A model generated the notes under the pieces. The model worked only from the letters and a program-made list of their open reading frames with translations. It did not search any database and was not told where the DNA came from. Shown one piece after another: positions 17,433-24,504 of a DNA stretch of 36,339 nucleotides. The DNA is from a virus. Its lineage: Duplodnaviria; Caudoviricetes. Location: positions 1 through 36,339 of IMG/VR virus record IMGVR_UViG_3300048599_000813; one strand, written 5' to 3'. The first letter of the stretch is position 1. Every line of letters starts with the position of its first letter. Both the position numbers and the translations under genes were made by a program.

Positions 17433-17447
17433 GGGCGTGAGATCGGG

Positions 17448-17654
17448 TCAGACGGAACCGGGGGGAACGATCTTGGCGAACTTGATGCCGAGGCCGGGCT
17501 TCCTCGCGGCGTCCTTGGACGCGAGGTAGCGGTCGGCCTCGATCTGGTCCTTCAGCGGGTGCTGCTCGACCGACTGGCCGTCCACGGACGCCTTTGCAGG
17601 CTGCGACGCGTTATCGCGGATGGCTTGGTCGAGGTTGGGGGCGGGGTCGGGCAA
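17448..17654 (-). CDS. Small head-completion (gpW-like) protein
   Basis: About 68 aa between terminase and portal, ASVDGQSVEQH; probable TTG start after GGAG. Confidence 0.6.
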   Translation of the reverse strand: MPDPAPNLDQAIRDNASQPAKASVDGQSVEQHPLKDQIEADRYLASKDAARKPGLGIKFAKIVPPGSV

Positions 17655-17729
17655 GGGCGCACTTCTCCATAGAGCACCTAACCCGTCGCTCGCTCCAATC
17701 CCGAACAACAGGCCCGGAATGCGCCAAGT

Positions 17730-17747
17730 TGTTCCACCGGTAGAACA
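17730..17747. promoter_or_regulatory. Palindromic operator-like site upstream of the head genes
   Basis: TGTTCCACCGGTAGAACA, 16/18 self-complementary, in the gap between the Zn-ribbon and head genes. Confidence 0.45.
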
Positions 17748-17759
17748 CGGCTCGCTTGC

Positions 17760-17948
17760 TCACGCCCCGAGCCGCTCAGTGGTCGTCACGCGCCGGCCGC
17801 AGTTGCGGCACGAGCGACGGCGGCGGATCGTGCCACCGACCGTCGCCCGGGTGTAGAGCACCTCGAAGTGACGACACCCGCACTTCGGGCACGCCAGCCC
17901 CTTGCCCTGGCTCGCGCTTGGTCGTGGTGCTGGCTTGGGCTCGCTCAT
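17760..17948 (-). CDS. Zinc-ribbon protein (Ogr/Delta or NrdR-N-like), putative late regulator
   Basis: CPKC...RRRRSCRNCGRRVTT.E; ATGA overlap with the terminase. Confidence 0.75.
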   Translation of the reverse strand: MSEPKPAPRPSASQGKGLACPKCGCRHFEVLYTRATVGGTIRRRRSCRNCGRRVTTTERLGA

Positions 17949-20230
17949 CGCTTGCCTCCCCGCAGTTGCGAGAGCTTCAGCCGCGGCCTCGCGACCACCT
18001 TCGCGTCCGTCCCGAAGAGCACCGCCCCCTCCATCGACGCCGCCACGGCGCAGCCGACCAGGCAGTCCAGCCAGTGGTTGTCGAGACCCTCGACACGGAG
18101 CTTCCACTCATCGACCGTGCGGCCACGTCCCTCGGTCCGCACCCGATACTCGCTGGTCAGGTGTTCCGACAGGAGGCGGTGATGTTCGGGCTTGTGACCG
18201 AAGAGCGACAGACCGCCCGGGTCGCCCATCGGCACGGCGAGCCGCGCATGCACGAACGACTTCCAGAAGTTCGTGTCGAAGAGCACGTGCCGCACCGCTC
18301 GTTTGCCCGTGACCACCGGGACGCGCCAGTTCAGCCCGACCCGCTCGCCGCGCTTGCGCTTGTACTCGCTGAACGGGAGGCTGCTAGCGCCCACGTACCG
18401 TCCGTGGCTCGGCGTGAGCACGCTGGCGTGCGGACTCTGGCGGCAGAACTGGTAGACCACATCCGTGGATGAACCCCAGTTGGCATCAATCAGGCAGCGG
18501 TCGATCCGCACCACCGCGCCATCATCGCGCCGCCACTCGCGGGCAACGGTCTGTTCGATGAGACGCTCAAGCCCGGCGTAGATCGCTCCCTCGGCACCGG
18601 CGCGGACAGACGCCGCCCCGAGCGTCCGCTTGATGTCCCGGAGCGTGAAGTACGCCTGTTTCTGGTCCGGCTCGGTCCCGTACTCGATGACGTGCCCCGT
18701 GAAGTCGTCCTCCCACGCGGCCACGAGGTAGAACAGAGCCTTGCCCTGCACGTCCACGAACATCGTCAGGTGCGAGCACCCCAGGGGGACCAGCCCGCGG
18801 GCGTGGCCGTTCACCTTGGCCGCGATCTGATCGGCGCTCAGCAGGTCGTCCGCGACTTCGATCTCCGGGAGCGGCTCGTTCTGGTACTCAGCGAAGAACG
18901 CTGCCTCGTTCTGCAGCCGCAGGTTCATCGCGTGCTGCACAGCGGAGAGTTCGTCGTGGTTGAACCGCTCGGGCCAGGCGATGACCGCGCCGGCATCCAT
19001 CTCCGCGCGATGCGCCTTGTAGAAGGCGGTCGCCTCCGCTCCACCGCGATCAGCCTTCAGCCCTTCGGCCCGCAGTCGGGCGTACTCAGCCCACAGGCGG
19101 TCTGCATTGGGGAACGCGTACACCATCTTGGTCCGCTCGCCTTGCCACTGCGGGTGTTTGTCCCGATCGAGAATGCGGTCAGCTAGGTCGTCGGGCCGGA
19201 CCACCGTCAGCGTCATGAGCCCCGCGATCTTCCGGCCCGGGCCAGCCAACCCCAGGATTGCGCCGGCGAGGATCCGTTCGCGGTTGGCGCACTGCGAGGG
19301 CGAACGGGCGCTCTCATCGGTCTGCGGGTCGTCGATCAGCACCAGCGACGGGCGCACGCTCACGCCATCGACGCGCTTGTGCTTCATGCCCCGGATGCGG
19401 CCAGTGATCCCCGCCACACGGATGATGGCTCCCGACGCCGCCGAGCCCGGGATGGTCGGCAGCACGATCTCCCGGGCTGTCCAGCCGATGTGCGTCTGCT
19501 TCCCCTGGTAGAGCTGGCCTGACGCCCGCTGGTGGATGCCTTCGAGGGAGCGGATGGGATGACAGACCTCCGGGAAGTCCGCGCCGAGGATCTCGCTGTT
19601 CTCCAGCTCCGCCTTGATCGACTCGAGCATCCCCGCCGCGTGCTCCTCGTCCGAGCCGATGAGCGCGACGAACTCGCGGTGCCCGTACAGCAGCGCCCAC
19701 AGGCACGCCACCTCGCAGAGGCTCGTCTTGCCCGACCCGCGCGGCATCGCCATCGCGAACAGCCCGCCGTCCAGCACGGCCTGCTCGATCTTGGCGATGA
19801 CCTTCAGGTGGTCGTCGGACCACTTGAGATGGAAGGTCTGCCCGAAGTACGTCTCGCAGAAGTACCGGAAGTCCTTCGCGGCCCGGGCACGCCGCGCGGG
19901 GTCACCGACGGGAGGCAGGTCGCCAATGTCGCGGCCCGACAGCGAGAGCATGGCGTTGCGGAGCCGGGCCCGCTCCTTCATCGCCTCGTAGCCCGTGAGC
20001 CCCTCGGGCGTGCGGGCCGCCTCGGCCAGGGCCTCGTGCCGCGTCGTCACCAGCCACGCCACGTAACGGAACAGATCGACCTTGCCCGCGTCGCCGTCGG
20101 CCGCGACACGGAACCCCGCGCGCGTGCGGTGCCGGTGGAGCTGCCGCTCGCTGATCACCTCGCCGAGCGGCGTGCTGTTGAGCAGCCGCGCGAGTTCGCC
20201 GGGCTTGAGTTGGCGCGGGTCAATCGCCAC
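17945..20230 (-). CDS. Terminase large subunit, GpA-like, with an N-terminal HTH-like extension
   Basis: Walker A MPRGSGKT, Walker B LVLIDD, nuclease FVDVQ and NHWLDC; upstream of the portal. Confidence 0.9.
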   Translation of the reverse strand: MAIDPRQLKPGELARLLNSTPLGEVISERQLHRHRTRAGFRVAADGDAGKVDLFRYVAWLVTTRHEALAEAARTPEGLTGYEAMKERARLRNAMLSLSGRDIGDLPPVGDPARRARAAKDFRYFCETYFGQTFHLKWSDDHLKVIAKIEQAVLDGGLFAMAMPRGSGKTSLCEVACLWALLYGHREFVALIGSDEEHAAGMLESIKAELENSEILGADFPEVCHPIRSLEGIHQRASGQLYQGKQTHIGWTAREIVLPTIPGSAASGAIIRVAGITGRIRGMKHKRVDGVSVRPSLVLIDDPQTDESARSPSQCANRERILAGAILGLAGPGRKIAGLMTLTVVRPDDLADRILDRDKHPQWQGERTKMVYAFPNADRLWAEYARLRAEGLKADRGGAEATAFYKAHRAEMDAGAVIAWPERFNHDELSAVQHAMNLRLQNEAAFFAEYQNEPLPEIEVADDLLSADQIAAKVNGHARGLVPLGCSHLTMFVDVQGKALFYLVAAWEDDFTGHVIEYGTEPDQKQAYFTLRDIKRTLGAASVRAGAEGAIYAGLERLIEQTVAREWRRDDGAVVRIDRCLIDANWGSSTDVVYQFCRQSPHASVLTPSHGRYVGASSLPFSEYKRKRGERVGLNWRVPVVTGKRAVRHVLFDTNFWKSFVHARLAVPMGDPGGLSLFGHKPEHHRLLSEHLTSEYRVRTEGRGRTVDEWKLRVEGLDNHWLDCLVGCAVAASMEGAVLFGTDAKVVARPRLKLSQLRGGKR

Positions 20231-20489
20231 CAGCACCCCCCACAGACATCTCCTTCACGAGCCACGCGGCGTAGTGCACGAGGTTGATCGTGCCGTTCGC
20301 GTTCGTCGGCGCGCCCGCGTCGATGTCGGCGCGGAGCATCTCCTCAGTGATGGGTTTGCCGCTTGCTCCCCCGATACGCGTGAGTACCCGCGCTGCATCC
20401 GCAACGCCAAGCGCAGCGGGGTTGAGCCGGGACATGCCCTGTGCTGGTCCTTCATGCGGCCCGGGACTAGGCGCGTGTTCGGGAGTCAT
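20220..20489 (-). CDS. Small HTH-like protein, candidate terminase small subunit
   Basis: 89 aa, GGAGG RBS, overlaps the terminase start; INLVHYAAWLV motif. Confidence 0.6.
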   Translation of the reverse strand: MTPEHAPSPGPHEGPAQGMSRLNPAALGVADAARVLTRIGGASGKPITEEMLRADIDAGAPTNANGTINLVHYAAWLVKEMSVGGAGGD

Positions 20490-20659
20490 CGCGGACCTCC
20501 CTCGCGAACTTGCCCACATCGCGGACGCAGTTGCCCACATGTCGCGGAATCATCGAGAAATGCACGCCGAACGCCTTGCCTGTTCCCCATCAGCCGGCCA
20601 ATGTGTGTCACACGCGAGCGGGAAGAACGAACCCCCCGCACGCGACGGAGACCACGAAC

Positions 20660-21013
20660 ATGGACGCGACCACGAAGACCACGCTCGACCTCACCAAGAC
20701 CCTGGCCAATGCCGGGTTCCGAATCCCCGCGATCGAACTCCACACGCCCGACGGACGCTGCTGGAACATCGCCACGGTCCCCGCCGGTCGCGGACGCCAC
20801 CTCGACGGCCACTGGGGACCGCGCCCCGGAGCGCTCGGTGGCTTCCGCCTCTTCGAGATCGACCGCGAGAACGAGGACGCCCCCAACGAGCACGACGCGA
20901 TCGACGGCGATACCTGGACCGCCGACGAACTGATCGACTACCTCCGGGCGGTCGGCCAGCCCAAAGACACGACGAGTTGGGACCGCCCCAGCGACAACCG
21001 CCCGACGACCTGA
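20660..21013 (+). CDS. Hypothetical protein (plus-strand island gene 1)
   Basis: 117 aa, GGAG RBS, GC3-biased codons. Confidence 0.7.
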   Translation: MDATTKTTLDLTKTLANAGFRIPAIELHTPDGRCWNIATVPAGRGRHLDGHWGPRPGALGGFRLFEIDRENEDAPNEHDAIDGDTWTADELIDYLRAVGQPKDTTSWDRPSDNRPTT

Positions 21014-21041
21014 AGCCCGCGTAGTGCGGGCTTCGCTGTTT
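21012..21041 (+). terminator. Stem-loop (terminator or processing site)
   Basis: GAAGCCCGC-GTAGT-GCGGGCTTC followed by GCTGTTT, overlapping the stop codon. Confidence 0.5.
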
Positions 21042-21082
21042 ACCAGAGACCACCAGCACCCCCGACCCCAAGGACCACGACC

Positions 21083-21346
21083 ATGACGAAGCGCACCCCC
21101 AAGACCACGAAGCCAGAACCGACCGCCGCCGAGACTTACGCCGCCCGGCAGAACGACATCGCCCGCCTCTTGGACGTCCTGCAGATGGAACTCGACAAGC
21201 ACGCCGAGGGGGCGAAGGCCGACCCACGCAATTGGGGCCGTACGGGCGACCTCGGGAAGGTCCGCAGCGACCTGATCGACCTGGTCGGGTTCATGAGCGG
21301 GATGGACCGCGAGCACGTCGAGGCCTTCCTGAACGACGCCGAGTAA
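21083..21346 (+). CDS. Hypothetical helical protein (island gene 2)
   Basis: 87 aa, AAGGA RBS, NWG..GDL motif. Confidence 0.75.
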   Translation: MTKRTPKTTKPEPTAAETYAARQNDIARLLDVLQMELDKHAEGAKADPRNWGRTGDLGKVRSDLIDLVGFMSGMDREHVEAFLNDAE

Positions 21347-21376
21347 CCAGAACCACCAACCGCAAGGAGCCACGCC

Positions 21377-21661
21377 ATGACCATCAAGACGATTGTGATC
21401 GAGGGCATCGACCAAGAGGTCAGCATCCGCCGCACCGAGCGCGGCGCGGAGGTGACCATCGAACAGCACACCCGGCACGCGGGCAGGCAGGACATCTGCA
21501 TCGCACACATCACCCGCGACGAGGACCGCGAGAGCCGCTACGCGAAGGCCGCCGAGGTCGCCAAGGTGGTCTACGGGACCGATCGACGGGGCCGGGCCGC
21601 CGCCACCAACTCGATGGTCCACGAAGTGCTCTCGGAGATGGAGCGCGTCGCGGGCTGCTGA
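21377..21661 (+). CDS. Hypothetical protein (island gene 3)
   Basis: 94 aa, AAGGAG RBS. Confidence 0.75.
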   Translation: MTIKTIVIEGIDQEVSIRRTERGAEVTIEQHTRHAGRQDICIAHITRDEDRESRYAKAAEVAKVVYGTDRRGRAAATNSMVHEVLSEMERVAGC

Positions 21662-21754
21662 CAGACCCCACGCGGCGTCGCGGGGAACCGCGACCGCCAC
21701 GCTTCCCCGCCGCAGCGCGCGACGGGCTTTCCAACCCCCAGTTCGGAGATGACC

Positions 21755-22297
21755 ATGAGCACGAAGACCAAGAAGACCAGCAGCACCCCCGCGATGAAGC
21801 GAGCCGTCGGCCCAGGCGGCAAGCGCATCCCAAAGCGCAAGGCCGACGCCACCGCGTCGAGCACGGAGCGCCTCCGCAAGGCGGCGCTCGCCGAGATCAA
21901 CGGCCGCCTGGCGGATGGGAAGCAGGACCACGAGGTCCCCGGCGAGAAAGAGATGGCCAACAACGCGAACGTGGAGGCGGCCGCCAAGGGGAAGAAGGCC
22001 AAGAGCGAGAAGCCGCCCAAGACGGCCAAGGCCCCGAAGACGCCGAAGGCCCCAAAGCCCAAACGCGTCAGCGCCCTCGACGCTGCCGCGCAGGTGCTTG
22101 CCGCGAGCGAGGTGCCGATGCGGGCCAAGGAGATGATCGCCGCGATGGAGGCCAAGGGGCTGTGGCGCTCCCCCGGCGGTAAGACGCCCGAGGCCACGCT
22201 GTACGCCGCCATCATCCGCGAGATCGCCGCCAAGGGCACCGCCGCCCGCTTCAAGAAGCACGAGCGCGGCGTGTTCGTTGCGGGGAAGGGAGCCTGA
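21755..22297 (+). CDS. Lys-rich protein with a C-terminal HARE-HTH-like winged helix
   Basis: [10 protein letters not shown]...PM..KEMI...[16 protein letters not shown]...RF.K..RG.F; [15 protein letters not shown] linker; GGAG RBS. Confidence 0.75.
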   Translation: MSTKTKKTSSTPAMKRAVGPGGKRIPKRKADATASSTERLRKAALAEINGRLADGKQDHEVPGEKEMANNANVEAAAKGKKAKSEKPPKTAKAPKTPKAPKPKRVSALDAAAQVLAASEVPMRAKEMIAAMEAKGLWRSPGGKTPEATLYAAIIREIAAKGTAARFKKHERGVFVAGKGA

Positions 22298-22300
22298 GCC

Positions 22301-22558
22301 ATGACCGCGACGCCCGCGCCCAACCACGAAACGCAACTCGAAGCCGTGCTCCAAGCCGCGCTGTACCTGCTCGGCGCTCGCCAAGACCAGATGCTCACCA
22401 TCGAGGAATGGACGGCGCTCGCGCGGGCGGTCGCCGCCTGCCAGGAGCGGAAGACCGCCGACTACCTGACCGAGCATGACCTCGAGGACATCGCCGAGCG
22501 CTACGCCCTCGAATGGGACGAAGCGGCCGACGGCCCGCTGCCAACCCTCGACGAGTGA
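22301..22558 (+). CDS. Hypothetical acidic protein (island gene 5)
   Basis: 85 aa, GGGAG RBS, converges on the methylase gene. Confidence 0.7.
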   Translation: MTATPAPNHETQLEAVLQAALYLLGARQDQMLTIEEWTALARAVAACQERKTADYLTEHDLEDIAERYALEWDEAADGPLPTLDE

Positions 22559-22566
22559 GGCACACA

Positions 22567-23943
22567 TCAAGCTTTGCTCCCAGCCGCGACGCGTGTCGCG
22601 GCTTTCTCTTCGGCCACAGCGTTCGAGCCAACCCGCTCCGCCTTGCGGCCCGTGAACTTCTCCCATCGCTGCACGATGACGTCGCAGTAGAGCGGATCGA
22701 GTTCCATCAGGTACGCCCGCCGCCCCGTCATCTCCGCGCCAATGAGCGTGCTCCCGCTGCCGCCGAAGAGGTCGAGTACATTCTCGCCCGGCCGCGACGA
22801 GTACTCGATGGCGCGGCGGGCCAACTCGACGGGCTTCTCCGTCAGGTGGACCATGCTCTGCGGGTTCACCTTCTTGATGCTCCATGTGTCCGGCACGTTG
22901 TTGGGACCGAAGAAGCGGTGCGCCGCGCCCTCCTTCCAGCCGTAGAAGCACCACTCGTGGTTGCCCATGAAGTCCTTGCGCGTCAGGACCGGGTGCTCCT
23001 TGATCCAGATCACCGCCTGGCTGAAGTACAGTTCCATCGCCTTGAGCACCGGCGGGTAGTTGGCGCAGTTCGCGTAGCCGCCCCAGATGTAGAAGCCGCC
23101 GCCGGGGATCAGCACGCGGGCGATGTTGCCGAACCACGCCGCGAGCAGGCGGTCGAACTCTTGGTCGGACACGAAGTCGTTGGCCAGCGGCCGGTCCTTG
23201 GCCCGGAGCTTCTTGTGCGTCGGCTTGGACTTCTCCGGGTAGCGGTGCAGGTCTGCCGACTGCTGGTCGCCGGCGCTCGCGTCCTTGCGCTGCGTGGCCG
23301 TGAACGACGACAGCCCGGCCGCGATCGCGTTGTTGCTCCGGGGCTCGACCTTCACGTTGTACGGCGGGTCCGTGTTGACGAGATGGATCGGCTGGCCATC
23401 CAGCAGCCGGTCCAGGTCCTCGGGCTTGGACGAGTCGCCGCACATCAAGCGGTGGTTGCCCAGCACCCAGATGTCGCCGGGGACCGTCGTCGCGGCGTCG
23501 GGCGGCGCGGGCACATCGTCAGGGTCGACGAGACCTTCGTTGCCGGCGGGAGCCATGATCGCCGCGAGGTCCTCGGCGCTGAAGCCCAGCAGCGCGAGAT
23601 CGAAGTCGACACCCTTGAGGTCCGCCAGCTCGAGGGGCAGCAGTTCCATGTCCCACGAGGTCAGCGACGCGACCTTGTTGTCGGCGATGCGCAGCGCCTT
23701 GACCTGGTCGGGCGTGAGGTCGTCGACGCGGATGGTCGGCACCTCCTTCAGCCCGAGCTTCCGCGCCGCGCGGAGCCGCGTGTGACCGGCGATGATGATG
23801 TTGTCCGCGTCGATCAGGATCGGGATCTTGAAGCCGAAGGCCTCGATGCTCTTGGCGACCGCATCGATCGCGGCGTCGCTGATCGTGCGGGGGTTGCGGT
23901 CGTACTCCTTGACCGCGTCGATGGGAAGCGTCTCGATGTTCAC
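22567..23943 (-). CDS. ParB/Srx N-terminal domain fused to a beta-class N4/N6 DNA methyltransferase
   Basis: NPR, FGF..PILID, IAGHTRL.AA and ADNK (ParB-like); TDPPYN, H.T.KP and DLFGGSGST (MTase); GTG 23943 after GGAG. Confidence 0.92.
   Translation of the reverse strand: MNIETLPIDAVKEYDRNPRTISDAAIDAVAKSIEAFGFKIPILIDADNIIIAGHTRLRAARKLGLKEVPTIRVDDLTPDQVKALRIADNKVASLTSWDMELLPLELADLKGVDFDLALLGFSAEDLAAIMAPAGNEGLVDPDDVPAPPDAATTVPGDIWVLGNHRLMCGDSSKPEDLDRLLDGQPIHLVNTDPPYNVKVEPRSNNAIAAGLSSFTATQRKDASAGDQQSADLHRYPEKSKPTHKKLRAKDRPLANDFVSDQEFDRLLAAWFGNIARVLIPGGGFYIWGGYANCANYPPVLKAMELYFSQAVIWIKEHPVLTRKDFMGNHEWCFYGWKEGAAHRFFGPNNVPDTWSIKKVNPQSMVHLTEKPVELARRAIEYSSRPGENVLDLFGGSGSTLIGAEMTGRRAYLMELDPLYCDVIVQRWEKFTGRKAERVGSNAVAEEKAATRVAAGSKA
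22582..22610 (+). terminator. Rho-independent terminator of the plus-strand island
   Basis: AGCCGCGAC-GCGT-GTCGCGGCT then TTCTCTT, 23 nt after the last island stop. Confidence 0.6.
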
Positions 23944-24231
23944 AGCGATCTCCATTCGGACGCGCGGCGGCAAGCGCCAGCGCGTGGGGCGTCGTGGTGG
24001 CCCGCCGCACATGCGGCAGGTCCGGGGGGGCAGAGATGGCTGGATCGCTCGGGCTGACGGGCCCGTCCGGGGGCGCTCAGCGCCCCAATTCCCGTCCGCT
24101 ACTGGCCCCGCCCGTTGGCCACGGGTCCGCCCACGTTGGCCCACGTCGCGTCCTTGGCGGGGCGGCGTACCAATCCCGCCACGGGGCCGCCCCGCGCTCG
24201 GACGGCCCAAACAAACTCTGTCGCCAAGCGC

Positions 24232-24278
24232 GGCTGTTCCCGCGGCCCAAGCCTCGCGACCTGGCCCGGGAAGTACCT
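24232..24278 (-). other. Predicted cos site (cosQ-like plus cosN-like)
   Basis: Minus strand AGGTACT-23 nt-GGGCCGCGGGAA, flanked by GGCTT/CAGCC dyad arms; same spacing as lambda GGGTCCT-23 nt-GGGCGGCGACCT. Confidence 0.55.
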
Positions 24279-24398
24279 AACGCCATCCACCTCCCCGCCG
24301 TTCGGCTTCGGGCTGTTGGGCTCGTAGTAGGCGCGACCTGGCACACGACCTGCATGGGCGCGGTGGGGCGAGAGGGTAGAAGTACATGATGGAAGAGA

Positions 24399-24502
24399 GA
24401 GATCTTTCAATCTTTCAATACCTCCCTTCCGCCCGTGCGTGTGCCCACGCGTGCGCGTATCGCCTACGCGCGCGGTGAGTAGTTGAAAGATTGAATGATC
24501 TC
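24399..24502. repeat. 20-bp inverted repeat built of TCTTTCAA units; candidate replication origin
   Basis: GAGATCTTTCAATCTTTCAA (24399-24418) and TTGAAAGATTGAATGATCTC (24483-24502), 19/20 match, right after the primase stop. Confidence 0.7.
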
Positions 24503-24504
24503 GT

